This document shows, in pieces, positions 1-11,761 of a DNA stretch of 64,000 nucleotides. Within the stretch, counting starts at the first letter, position 1. Each line of letters starts with the position of its first letter. Source of the stretch: Auanema rhodensis (taxonomy: Eukaryota; Animalia; Nematoda); assembly GCA_964057225.1 (NCBI GenBank), contig OZ059898.1, forward strand, positions 13,950,001-14,014,000. The letters are read 5' to 3'. Below the pieces are notes generated by a model. It did not search any database. It was not told where the DNA came from and saw only the letters and a list, made by a program, of their open reading frames with translations. Both the position numbers and the translations under genes were made by a program.

Positions 1-199
1 GCTACGATGGCTCTTGAACTATTTGATTAGATGAGTTGACACATCTTTGACTTCATTGATAATTACGAATGAAAAGCAGTAACATATTTTTTTCAAACGT
101 TCCACATCGAAAATTCAAAAATGGACAAGCTCAAGTATTTTCAAAATCTTTGCAACATATTGCAAAACGTCAAACCATTCTTAAAAAATGAAAAATGTA

Positions 200-271
200 T
201 GCGTTCGGGGGGAATCGAACCCCCGTCGACTGCTTGGAAGGCATCCATGCTGACCATTACACCACGAACGC
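200..271 (-). tRNA. tRNA-Gly(TCC), variant copy (anticodon-stem T42G)
   Basis: Same cloverleaf, but the + strand reads GTCGACTGC instead of GTCGAATGC. Confidence 0.85.
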
Positions 272-720
272 TACAATAGGTTGTGAACTATTAGATTAGA
301 TGAGTTGACACATCTTTGACTTCATTGATAATTACGAATGAAAAGCAGTAACATATTTTTTTCAAACGTTTCACATCAAAAATTCAAAAATGGACAAGCT
401 CAAGTATTTTCAAAATCTTTGCAACATATTGCAAAACGTCAAACCATTCTTAAAAAATGAAAAATGTATGCGTTCGGGGGGAATCGAACCCCCGTCGACT
501 GCTTGGAAGGCATCCATGCTGACCATTACACCTCGAACGCTACGATGGCTCTTGAACTATTAGATTAGATGAGTTGACACATCTTTGACTTCATATATAA
601 TTACAGAATGAGAAGCAGAAACATATTTTTTTTAACGTTTCACATCAAAAAATCAAAAATGGACAAGCTCAAGTATTTTCAAAATCTTTGCAACATATTG
701 CAAAACGTCAAACCATTCTT

Positions 721-733
721 AAAAAATGAAAAA
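721..733 (-). terminator. Pol III oligo-T terminator (TTTTTCATTTTTT), repeated in nearly every array unit
   Basis: T5 and T6 runs starting just downstream of the tRNA 3' end on the minus strand. Confidence 0.85.
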
Positions 734-737
734 TGTA

Positions 738-809
738 TGCGTTCGGGGGGAATCGAACCCCCGTCGAATGCTTGGAAGGCATCCATGCTGACCATTACAC
801 CACGAACGC
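738..809 (-). tRNA. tRNA-Gly, anticodon TCC (representative consensus copy of the array)
   Basis: Reverse complement GCGTTCGTGGTGTAATGGTCAGCATGGATGCCTTCCAAGCATTCGACGGGGGTTCGATTCCCCCCGAACGCA. Acceptor stem GCGTTCG/CGAACGC, anticodon loop CTTCCAA, T arm GGGGG-TTCGATT-CCCCC, A box TGGTGTAATGG, B box GGTTCGATTCC. CCA is not encoded. Confidence 0.98.
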
Positions 810-1002
810 TACGATGTCTCTTGAACTATTAGATTAGATGAGTTGACACATCTTTGACTTCATTGATAATTACGAATGAAAAGCAGTAACATATTTTTTT
901 CAAACGTTTCACATCAAAAAATCAAAAATGGACAAGCTCAAGTATTTTCAAAATCTTTGCAACATATTGCAATCAAATCGTTCAGAAAAAATGAAAAATG
1001 TA

Positions 1003-1074
1003 TGCGTTCGGGGGGAATCGAACCCCCGTCGAATGCTTGGAAGGCATCCATGCTGACCATTACACCACGAACGC
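1003..1074 (-). tRNA. tRNA-Gly(TCC), consensus copy
   Basis: Identical to the consensus unit. Confidence 0.97.
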
Positions 1075-4000
1075 TACAATAGGTTGTGAACTATTAGATT
1101 AGATGAGTTGACACATCTTTGACTTCATTGATAATTACGAATGAAAAGCAGTAACATATTTTTTTCAAACGTTTCACATCAAAAATTCAAAAATGGACAA
1201 GCTCAAGTATTTTCAAAATCTTTGCAACATATTGCAATCAAATCATTCACAAAAAATGAAAAATGTATGCGTTCGGGGGGAATCGAACCCCCGTCGAATG
1301 CTTGGAAGGCATCCATGCTGACCATTACACCACGAACGCTACGATGGCTCTTGAACTATTAGATTAGATGAGTTGACACATCTTTGACTTCATTGATAAT
1401 TACGAATGAAAAGCAGTAACATATTTTTTTCAAACGTTCCACATCAAAAAATCAAAAATGGACAAGCTCAAGTATTTTCAAAATCTTTGCAACATATTGC
1501 AAAACGTCAAACCATTCTTAAAAAATGAAAAATGTATGCGTTCGGGGGGAATAGAACCCCCGTCGAATGCTTGGAAGGCATCCATGCTGACCATTACACC
1601 ACGAACGCTACGATGGCTCTTGAACTATTTGATTAGATGAGTTGACACATCTTTGACTTCATTGATAATTACGAATGAAAAGCAGTAACATATTTTTTTC
1701 AAACGTTCCACATCGAAAATTCAAAAATGGACAAGCTCAAGTATTTTCAAAATCTTTGCAACATATTGCAATCAAATCGTTCACAAAAAATGAAAAATGT
1801 ATGCGTTCGGGGGGAATCGAACCCCCGTCGAATGCTTGGAAGGCATCCATGCTGACCATTACACCACGAACGCTACGATGGCTCTTGAACTATTTGATTA
1901 GATGAGTTGACACATCTTTGACTTCATTGATAATTACGAATGAAAAGCAGTAACATCTTTTTTTCAAACGTTTCACATCAAAAATTCAAAAATGGACAAG
2001 CTCAAGTACTTTCAAAATCTTTGCAACATATTGCAAAACGTCAAACCATTCTTAAAAAATGAAAAATGTATGCGTTCGGGGGGAATCGAACCCCCGTCGA
2101 ATGCTTGGAAGGCATCCATGCTGACCATTACACCACGAACGCTACAATAGGTTGTGAACTATTAGATTAGATGAGTTGACACATCTTTGACTTCATATAT
2201 AATTACGAATGAAAAGCAGTAACATATTTTTTTCAAACGTTTCACATCAAAAATTCAAAAATGGACAAGCTCAAGTACTTTCAAAATCTTTGCAACATAT
2301 TGCAAAACGTCAAACCATTCTTAAAAAATGAAAAATGTATGCGTTCGGGGGGAATCGAACCCCCGTCGAATGCTTGGAAGGCATCCATGCTGACCATTAC
2401 ACCACGAACGCTACGATGGCTCTTGAACTATTAGATTAGATGAGTTGACACATCTTTGACTTCATTGATAATTACGAATGAAAAGCAGAAACATATTTTT
2501 TCAACGTTTCACATCAAAAAATCAAAAATGGACAAGCTCAAGTATTTTCAAAATCTTTGCAACATATTGCAATCAAATCGTTCACAAAAAATGAAAAATG
2601 TATGCGTTCGGGGGGAATCGAACCCCCGTCGAATGCTTGGAAGGCATCCATGCTGACCATTACACCACGAACGCTACGATGGCTCTTGAACTATTTGATT
2701 AGATGAGTTGACACATCTTTGACTTCATTGATAATTACGAATGAAAAGCAGTAACATATTTTTTTCAAACGTTTCACATCAAAAATTCAAAAATGGACAA
2801 GCTCAAGTATTTTCAAAATCTTTGCAACATATTGCAAAACGTCAAATCATTCAGCAAAAATGAAAAATGTATGCGTTCGGGGGGAATCGAACCCCCGTCG
2901 AATGCTTGGAAGGCATCCATGCTGACCATTACACCACGAACGCTACAATAGGTTGTGAACTATTAGATTAGATGAGTTGACACATCTTTGACTTCATTGA
3001 TAATTACGAATGAAAAGCAGTAACATATTTTTTTCAAACGTTTCACATCGAAAATTCAAAAATGGACAAGCTCAAGTACTTTCAAAATCTTTGCAACATA
3101 TTGCAAAACGTCAAACCATTCTTAAAAAATGAAAAATGTATGCGTTCGGGGGAAATCGAACCCCCGTCGAATGATTGGAAGGCATCCATGCTGACCATTA
3201 CACCACGAACGCTACAATAGGTTGTGAACTATTAGATTAGATGAGTTGACACATCTTTGACTTCATTGATAATTACGAATGAAAAGCAGTAACATATTTT
3301 TTTCAAACGTTTCACATCAAAAAATCAAAAATGGACAAGCTCAAGTATTTTCAAAATCTTTGCAACATATTGCAATCAAATCATTCACAAAAAATGAAAA
3401 ATGTATGCGTTCGGGGGGAATCGAACCCCCGTCGAATGCTTGGAAGGCATCCATGCTGACCATTACACCACGAACGCTACGATGGCTCTTGAACTATTTG
3501 ATTAGATGAGTTGACACATCTTTGACTTCATATATAATTACAGAATGAAAAGCAGAAACATATTTTTTTCAAACGTTTCACATCAAAAATTCAAAAATGG
3601 ACAAGCTCAAGTATTTTCAAAATCTTTGCAACATATTGCAATCAAATCATTCACAAAAAATGAAAAATGTATGCGTTCGGGGGGAATCGAACCCCCGTCG
3701 AATGCTTGGAAGGCATCCATGCTGACCATTACACCACGAACGCTACGATGGCTCTTGAACTATTTGATTAGATGAGTTGACACATCTTTGACTTCATTGA
3801 TAATTACGAATGAAAAGCAGTAACATATTTTTTTCAAACGTTTCACATCAAAAATTCAAAAATGGACAAGCTCAAGTATTTTCAAAATCTTTGCAACATA
3901 TTGCAAAACGTCAAACCATTCTTAAAAAATGAAAAATGTATGCGTTCGGGGGGAATCGAACCCCCGTCGAATGCTTGGAAGGCATCCATGCTGACCATTA

Positions 4001-4785
4001 CACCACGAACGCTACGATGGCTCTTGAACTATTAGATTAGATGAGTTGACACATCTTTGACTTCATTGATAATTACGAATGAAAAGCAGTAACATATTTT
4101 TTTCAAACGTTCCACATCAAAAAATCAAAAATGGACAAGCTCAAGTATTTTCAAAATCTTTGCAACATATTGCAATCAAATCGTTCACAAAAAATGAAAA
4201 ATGTATGCGTTCGGGGGGAATCGAACCCCCGTCGAATGCTTGGAAGGCATCCATGCTGACCATTACACCTCGAACGCTACGATGGCTCTTGAACTATTAG
4301 ATTAGATGAGTTGACACATCTTTGACTTCATATATAATTACAGAATGAAAAGCAGAAACATATTTTTTTTAACGTTTCACATCAAAAAATCAAAAATGGA
4401 CAAGCTCAAGTATTTTCAAAATCTTTGCAACATATTGCAATCAAATCGTTCACAAAAAATGAAAAATGTATGCGTTCGGGGGGAATCGAACCCCCGTCGA
4501 ATGCTTGGAAGGCATCCATGCTGACCATTACACCACGAACGCTACGATGTCTCTTGAACTATTAGATTAGATGAGTTGACACATCTTTGACTTCATTGAT
4601 AATTACGAATGAAAAGCAGTAACATATTTTTTTCAAACGTTTCACATCAAAAAATCAAAAATGGACAAGCTCAAGTATTTTCAAAATCTTTGCAACATAT
4701 TGCAAAACGTCAAATCATTCAGCAAAAATGAAAAATGTATGCGTTCGGGGGGAATCGAACCCCCGTCGAATGCTTGGAAGGCATC

Positions 4786-5201
4786 TATCGCGAATGCGAT
4801 TATCCATCATTCAATCGATGCAATCTCATCACGTTGGCTGATGAGATTCACGGGCACTCTGTTTTTATACCACCGTCGCGGACGGTCGCTTTTCTCTCTC
4901 CTCGTTGCTGTCTTTATCTTATGACTCATCTAGTCTGAACCACCGTTTTATCCTTGTCCTTTAGTAAGACTATCTCTAGTCTCATTAGTGATGTATATCT
5001 AGTCTTATTACATTCACTCTAGTCTTCTATGTATTTTATCTAGTCTTATTATATATCTTCTAGTCCTTATATTCTGTATTATGTATATCTGAATGGCATA
5101 TGAATGAATCTTTCTTCCTCTAATAGTATTTTACGTTAACAGGGCATAGAATAGAAAGTGTGAACCTGGGAGGCTATTTGAAGAGCCCTCTATCTTCAAA
5201 A
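4786..5201 (+). repeat. 5' LTR of element A (416 bp, TATCGC...TTCAAAA)
   Basis: Direct repeat of 12125-12540; no difference seen by eye. Confidence 0.95.
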
Positions 5202-5211
5202 TGGTGCATCG
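5202..5211 (+). promoter_or_regulatory. Primer binding site complementary to the tRNA-Gly(GCC) 3' end
   Basis: TGGTGCATCG directly after the LTR; its reverse complement CGATGCACCA is the 3' end of eukaryotic tRNA-Gly(GCC) plus CCA. Confidence 0.85.
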
Positions 5212-7991
5212 GCATCACTTTCTACTCTATGACCTTTCTATTGCGCTACTTTATCTTTTTTCTTTTTTTTTCTTCAAGCCAGTCTGCTCGTTAATAGTGA
5301 CTCGTTGGATGTCCTTTACAGTATAAGTTCACTGATCTAAATACTCTAAAGGAATCGTATGTCAGTATGACATAATTGGTTGTTAAATATTGTCTAGATA
5401 TCAGTGATAATTAAACATTATTTAAAATTTTGGTTGATACCATATTTTTGTACCACATGATTACAGAAAGTAACATAGTGGGTTGTTCGCTATATAAACT
5501 CTATTGGATTACCCAATGGCTACTTCCTTTAACTTGCCGGCAGTGACTCAGCTGGGATTGATCACCCCTTATTATGTTTCACAGTATTTTCCTAGGAAGA
5601 ATATGCGAGAGTACGAGAAAAATGCAGACAAAGTACCAACAAACACATTTTATGGCGATCTTATTTTTACTGACTGAGGACAGTGAGAAACAATGATATG
5701 AATTACGCATTAGCAAAGCTACCGTCTAAAAACGCTATTTATTCATTTATTCTTTGATTTTGAGACCTTTTTATATCTTTTATATTTTACGTAACTTTCA
5801 ATAATCATTGCAAACAGTTTTGATAGACTTCGAGTGCAAAAGTTATTTTAACAATTGTGAATCAATTGAATAGGTGACTAAAAGGCATCTTAGACCAATG
5901 TCTCCTTGCTATATGAGTAATGCTGTCTGTTTCCTCATCTGTAAAGGAGTCAGTATCTTAGAGATCAACGATTATTTGTGAACATGTGTGGAAGGAGCCT
6001 ATCAACAAGGAACGTCTGTTGACCTACTTGTTGATGTTTGTTTGGTACCCTTGCACTCTCGGTAGGTGTTGTTTATATAAAAATGCGAAAGAGTTCCGAG
6101 TTTTTACTATTTACGGCTTGTTTTATAGTTTTTAAATTTCTTTATTCATCCATTGTCTGTAAATCTATTGTTTCCAACCATATGAGTCATATGTAACGAC
6201 CAACGGGTCAATGAGAAAGGTCAGAGTCCAAATCATGAAATTCATAAAATTTATATATTTTATCTTATATAAGATCATCACCCACGTTCTATAGGACAAA
6301 ATACATTAACTATATTGTTAAAATCCTACGCAGATGAAAATTTCTGTGAAAAATCACAAAACATCATAATATCCCATCCTACATAGATGAGATAATGATA
6401 AGACACGAAAGAGCTACGAATTATCATCCTACGCATGTTAAAGCATAAAATATAAATCTCAGCAAAGGTTAAGAGATATTTCCAACATTTTGCACCAAAA
6501 AGTCGATTTTAGCAAATATGTTGACAAGATACGCGAAAAAAGACAAAAGATGTTGCCATCTGTTCATTGACCTGGTGCGGCGCCATTAGCACCACGCAAA
6601 CATCTCTCACACATTATCTAGGTCATCATCGAATGACATGGAATATCAAAACATTTTAAAATGTTATGAGAAGTTAACCCACTCGTTTTGTTTCAAACGC
6701 ATTAAATAATCTCATTTAATAATCTTACATATACTTTTTGCAGATTAGCTCCTCCCTCTTAACATCCCACACGGCCTAGCTGCCAGACAGGTCATTCATT
6801 CCGCCGCTACAACCAGCCACAGCACCCGACGCCATCTGCTAACCTATTCACCAGACAAGGACAATCGACATCAAGGATCCTCAAGGAGAATCAAGTTAGT
6901 TTTCATTTGTTCGCATTAACACTTTAACCGCTTATTGAATTTGAATTGATACTCTCTGGTATCAATTATACATTTACATTAAGTTGGTAAGTTATTTTAT
7001 AATTTCAATTTGTTTTATTTTAATTTTATTATTTCACATTTTATATTGTTTATATTTCATTCACATCTGTTATCTTATACAATTTCCTTTGTTCATCTGT
7101 CCAGAAATAAATCTTTTGTCTCAAATCACTCATCCTTTTCATACACATACTTTCTGATCAATCAAACAATAATATTTTGAATATTTTTTGGATATCCTTA
7201 TTATATTTCAACCAATTAATATTAATATTGATATTATATTTTTTGATAAAAAACAACAGCATATTTAGTATCAAATTACTCAGAAAACTTTACTGAATTC
7301 ATCCAAGCTAGTTTGCTCACATTTTTTGATCGATTTTGGGAAACTCAATTTTTTCTCTCTATTTCCTACAGTAATCTCTCAACTTGAATTGTTCTCTCAT
7401 CTAGTGAATCATCCAATTTTTCTTTTTTAACCAGAGAAAGATACTTATTGAATTATCTTTGCCTGAACAATCTCCATTTTAAAAAAAAAAAAAAAAAAAA
7501 TTAAAAATATACTAACTTAGCTAACAAAAAAAAAAAAAAATATATTCAAAAGATAAAACATACATTTTTTTACAAAAGATTCCACACAAGTAATTTAACG
7601 AAACAGTAACAACTACACGAAAAAACTAACAGTATAACTCTCCAAAGAAAAAACTGTTAACAAATATTCAACTAAATATTCATTGTACCTTCTAATAGTG
7701 AACTATTTGCTTATCTTATTTGCTTATATTACTTGTTTATTTATATTCCTATTTATATTATATATTGTTATTCCTTCTATCGACAGCTATTATATTCGGA
7801 CTTTAATTCAATTGATTTTAATAATCAATCCACAAATTAGCTAGATTAAACACAAAATTAACTTGAACAATAATATTTCTCTTCAAACAAAATGATTATG
7901 AGTCCCTCTTCTCCATCGGAAACTCGTAACTCGTAACCTGACTGCCTTAGCAAGACAGTTAAGTTGTTTAAAAAGAAATATAACTCACGCG

Positions 7992-10900
7992 TTGAAGTTG
8001 TTCAACACGGTGAAGGAGGACATCCTCCCGTACCATCAAGCATTCATCTTCCCCCCGGTTGATGACATTGACAGATGTCGAGAGTTCATACATACGCACA
8101 AGCCTAGCTTGATGCGTATATATTATAAAGCCATCCCGGTTGGGGACGTCTTCCGATCACTACGAGATCAGTTAGACGAACATCGAGTGGTGCTCGAGGA
8201 ACGCACCCATGTGGACTACCCAGCAACTTGGTTGGAATTATACCAAGGTAGCTATAAAAGGATGTTGGCCAAACACCCTCAAGCCCATAAGACCATGAAA
8301 GCTCATGAAATCGACCAACTTGTCACCAAAGACATTGGCGAAGAACATCCGCCCACAGTTGCAAAACTGATCAAGGGCATTTTGGACTATTGTGATGAGA
8401 GAGATCTCATTGTGAACACAGGCGAAGTTGAGGAATATACTCAACTTATCCAACTTCGCCGAGATGAACTCGATGACTATCAGAGTTCATTTGACTCTAC
8501 AGTACATGACTCAACAACATTGCAAAATGACATGAACAGAATGAAATACTCCAGAAAAAATTTAGAGATGAGTTTCTTTTCTGGAATACAAAAACATTTA
8601 AACAACATTCAGAAAACACTTGACAAAATTTGGCAACGATGGCATAATGAATATGTCGTCGCCCTTCGAGCAACACACATGTTGGATCACAAGCAAGGAC
8701 ATTTCTCCACAGCTACACCAAAAGTAGGCACAGTAGTGCTAATGTCAGATGACAATACGAAACGAAACCAGTGGAAAATGGGTTTAATAACAAGCATACA
8801 GAACACGGAATCTGTGAGAGTTGCAGAAGTCCGTACATCTGATGGACACAAACTAATTAGACCCATCAATCGCCTGATTCCCCTTGAAATTCCTTCCGAC
8901 AACGAGCATCATACGGAAAACAGTCATACGCAGTCCCCACACAAATCAGACAAAACTGTCACGTTTAAAGAAACTCCAGAGGTCATTTTACTCGATAACG
9001 AAGTATCCACCGTTGTGGAAACCAGCACATCGACCGGACCCAATACAACTGAAAACGTGATAGACCCAAACGTTATCACTATCAACGATGATGATGACAT
9101 CGAAGTGATCACCATTGCAGATGATGAAGGTGAAAATGAACCACAACCTCGAAAACGACAACGTCTCCCCAGTTACACACATTTTTTCATAGCCATGATA
9201 CTGGGTATTCTCGTCAATACAATGTCCGCAACCAACATCTGCCAGTTCTCTTGCATCAAAGGAGGAGTAGGCATATCAAACTGCGGTACTGGACATCCCA
9301 TCCGAGTTTGTGCCCGAGAAACATGTGTAGAGTACAACCCAAATACTCCCAACTTCACCATAGTATTTCCGGCTCATGTTGTATTGCATGACCACACATT
9401 CATCTCACGACATATTATCGATAAAAATGACACATTTGCATTGCATCAACTGGATTGTCCAGCAACTCCGTTTTGCGATATGATTCAATGTCTGTTCTGT
9501 CTTGAACTACTCCACAACCCATCTTGTTTCCCATACGCAGCACTCTCGGCGACCGCACTCATCATATGGCTCATTCTATTTAGCATTCTTTTAAGCATCA
9601 TAGTCATCCGAATTTGTTCTAAAAAATTTGTTCATATTGCACAATACACCCTTTTTTCCGTTTGGCGTATGATCACTCAATGTCTCCCATCTCATATAAG
9701 ATCTCATATCTCTATTCAGGAAGAACGATCGGTACTCGAGTACGTCCCGCTCAGTTCTCACAAGCTACCTCGATGGCAGAAGTCTACACCCTCACAACGA
9801 TCACGACAACGTGACCGATTAGTTCACCGAGTCGGGTATCTTTTGGTTGCAATAATCGTCATTTTTTTGATTGAATCTCTTGTAGTTAATGCATGTACTA
9901 TTGTTCCTCCGAGTATATCACATGTTCCAGGCAACTCCGTCTCGAACTTATCACCTACCCACCAAGTCAACCAAGTCAGCAGCTCCACCACCCTCCATAC
10001 TTACGATAATGAGGTATGTTTCACAACTTCACATTCAAACCGATCATACGCCAATCCCCTCACGAACTCACACCTGCGCATCAAACTTATGTATACACGT
10101 ATACTGTGCACGAAAGTATCCTTATTTTTTACACGTCACACCATCGTAAAAACTGAATCCGCAAAACGGTGTCCCCATATGGGCTCTTGTGTAGGATCGT
10201 TTTGTGCGAACGTTCGACCCAATACATCAATCTCAGAACTCTCATTAGCCAACCAATATCCAGGTACCAGCTATTGTTCAGAAAGCTGTGGATTTCTATC
10301 ATGCGGTTGTGCGTTGCCAACTTCTGGTTGTCTCTTCTATCGCAACTTTCATGTTCCCAATGACAATATCACCCACGAAGTTTTCTACTGCTCACGATGG
10401 ACACCTAGGGTTTTTCTCCAGATTAGCATCCATACAGCTATTGAGAACAAAACTGAAACGATCTCGCACGTCCCCTTTTTACCACACTCTACAAAAATCA
10501 TTAACGGGTACCATATTACTCTTGGGAGAATAACATATTCTGATAATGAAATCCTCCATAGACGATTCATTACTTCCAACTCGAGAATTGCAGTTTTACC
10601 TCACTCTGCTACATTTTCATACTCGTGCGGAAAAGTTAAAACCGCTGACCCATTCTCCGAATGTACTGTAACAGACACATGTTCATGCAGACCAGCCGAA
10701 ACAGTCGAAAATTGCTATTGTCAGGACAGCAATCCTAACATGCTCTATACTAATAACTACACCCTACCATTATCTCTTCCATCTCTGACCATGATCCCAA
10801 AAAACAATCTCATTTTTGCTCATCCCATAAGCGCTGTTGACATTAAAATGTGGACAAATATCTCAGATGTCACTTATGAATACGACAATAGTCCTACTAT

Positions 10901-11534
10901 TTGCGAACTAAAATCCAAAGACCTAGTTGGATGTTTTGACTGTGTTACTGGAGCAACAACAATCATTACTTGCATCAGTACATCATCCCACATTCGAATT
11001 TCGTGCGACGATGAAGAATTTCTGCTTACATGCAATTCTCAGGGTTACAACAACTCTATTCCCATACAGAGCAATTTTTCAACACCGTCTATAACGTGTA
11101 CTCATCCGTGTACTTCCGCCACATTACATCTCAAAGGCAACTTGTACTACGTGAACGAATACATAGGTTTTGAACAGTCCACTCATCAGATTACAAACAG
11201 TTCATTCAGTCTCCTGAACGTCGAGTTTACCATACCGAGCTTTTTTGTACCCACTCACTTAATCAGCTCACTTGTTTCGTTTTACTCGGACTACCTTAAA
11301 ACGATTGTAATACTATTGAGTGTTTTGATCACAGTACTCGGCTTTGTAACCGCCGTAATTGACCGCGTCTTCCAGTTGTCAAGTACACCCGCTCTCCTAG
11401 CATATTTACCCATACAAATACTTATTATCTGCGCAATTCCTTTTCGCATCATTTTTTTCACAATTCATTTGTTGTTCAAGATTGTAGTTCGAGCCAGTCA
11501 TAGCGCAGTGGCTAAGGGTACGCACTCTCAGTGA
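7992..11534 (+). CDS. env: BEL/Pao-derived polyprotein: unknown N-terminus, DUF5641-like domain, phlebovirus Gn/Gc-like envelope glycoprotein; likely original ATG at 7892/7898 separated by a 7-bp duplication
   Basis: IWQRWHNEYVVALR...PKVGTVVL...RNQWKMGLI...RPINRLIPLE resembles DUF5641. Cys-rich ectodomains including KRCPHMGSC...PGTSYCSESCGFLSCGCALPTSGCLFYR and GCFDCVTGA. Internal signal and transmembrane segments. No protease, RT, RNase H or integrase core motifs. Confidence 0.85.
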   Translation: MKLFNTVKEDILPYHQAFIFPPVDDIDRCREFIHTHKPSLMRIYYKAIPVGDVFRSLRDQLDEHRVVLEERTHVDYPATWLELYQGSYKRMLAKHPQAHKTMKAHEIDQLVTKDIGEEHPPTVAKLIKGILDYCDERDLIVNTGEVEEYTQLIQLRRDELDDYQSSFDSTVHDSTTLQNDMNRMKYSRKNLEMSFFSGIQKHLNNIQKTLDKIWQRWHNEYVVALRATHMLDHKQGHFSTATPKVGTVVLMSDDNTKRNQWKMGLITSIQNTESVRVAEVRTSDGHKLIRPINRLIPLEIPSDNEHHTENSHTQSPHKSDKTVTFKETPEVILLDNEVSTVVETSTSTGPNTTENVIDPNVITINDDDDIEVITIADDEGENEPQPRKRQRLPSYTHFFIAMILGILVNTMSATNICQFSCIKGGVGISNCGTGHPIRVCARETCVEYNPNTPNFTIVFPAHVVLHDHTFISRHIIDKNDTFALHQLDCPATPFCDMIQCLFCLELLHNPSCFPYAALSATALIIWLILFSILLSIIVIRICSKKFVHIAQYTLFSVWRMITQCLPSHIRSHISIQEERSVLEYVPLSSHKLPRWQKSTPSQRSRQRDRLVHRVGYLLVAIIVIFLIESLVVNACTIVPPSISHVPGNSVSNLSPTHQVNQVSSSTTLHTYDNEVCFTTSHSNRSYANPLTNSHLRIKLMYTRILCTKVSLFFTRHTIVKTESAKRCPHMGSCVGSFCANVRPNTSISELSLANQYPGTSYCSESCGFLSCGCALPTSGCLFYRNFHVPNDNITHEVFYCSRWTPRVFLQISIHTAIENKTETISHVPFLPHSTKIINGYHITLGRITYSDNEILHRRFITSNSRIAVLPHSATFSYSCGKVKTADPFSECTVTDTCSCRPAETVENCYCQDSNPNMLYTNNYTLPLSLPSLTMIPKNNLIFAHPISAVDIKMWTNISDVTYEYDNSPTICELKSKDLVGCFDCVTGATTIITCISTSSHIRISCDDEEFLLTCNSQGYNNSIPIQSNFSTPSITCTHPCTSATLHLKGNLYYVNEYIGFEQSTHQITNSSFSLLNVEFTIPSFFVPTHLISSLVSFYSDYLKTIVILLSVLITVLGFVTAVIDRVFQLSSTPALLAYLPIQILIICAIPFRIIFFTIHLLFKIVVRASHSAVAKGTHSQ

Positions 11535-11576
11535 TTGATGACGGGTTCAATACCCAGTGAGTCCTCGATTTATTTT
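11489..11576 (+). ncRNA. Putative tRNA-like Pol III transcription unit inside element A
   Basis: A box TAGCGCAGTGG (11501-11511) and B box GGTTCAATACC (11544-11554) at tRNA spacing. GGG-TTCAATA-CCC T arm, flanking TCGAG/CTCGA inverted repeat, then TTTATTTT. Acceptor and anticodon stems are degenerate. Confidence 0.5.
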
Positions 11577-11761
11577 CTCGATTTCTTAGTTCCCTATCAT
11601 AGCAAACGATTGTTCAATTTGATTTACACCAGTCCTACACAATTTATCATTTTGCCGCGGGGAGGTATACTACGTATAAAAACCATCATTATTTCAGTCT
11701 TGATAACATCAAAGAATGGAGCGATTCCCTTGATCAACTCCAGGATAACGGCAACTCAAAG

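Larger units (their letters stand above)
1..4785 (-). repeat. tRNA-Gly(TCC) tandem array, segment 1 (~18 units of 265-269 bp)
   Basis: Head-to-tail near-identical units, each containing TGCGTTCGGGGGGAATCGAACCCCCGTCGAATGCTTGGAAGGCATCCATGCTGACCATTACACCACGAACGC, the reverse complement of a 72-nt tRNA-Gly. Confidence 0.98.

Noticed and set aside
1-4785. CRISPR-like repeat/spacer periodicity
   Set aside because: Spacers are near-identical rather than unique, the repeat is a tRNA gene, there are no cas genes and the context is eukaryotic.
5202-5211. Idea that the BEL elements are primed by the array's own tRNA-Gly(TCC)
   Set aside because: That would need TGGTGCGTTCG. Both PBSs read TGGTGCATCG, which matches the GCC isoacceptor.
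5535-5580. A-box-like GTGACTCAGCTGG in the element A leader
   Set aside because: No B box or cloverleaf downstream.
6744-6894. GC-richer block flanked by TTTTGCAG and GTTAGT (exon-like)
   Set aside because: Stops occur early in all three frames. It could be a non-coding leader exon, but this cannot be supported from sequence alone.
7481-7540. Long poly(A) runs in element A
   Set aside because: No TSD or retrocopy body is associated; treated as low-complexity leader sequence.
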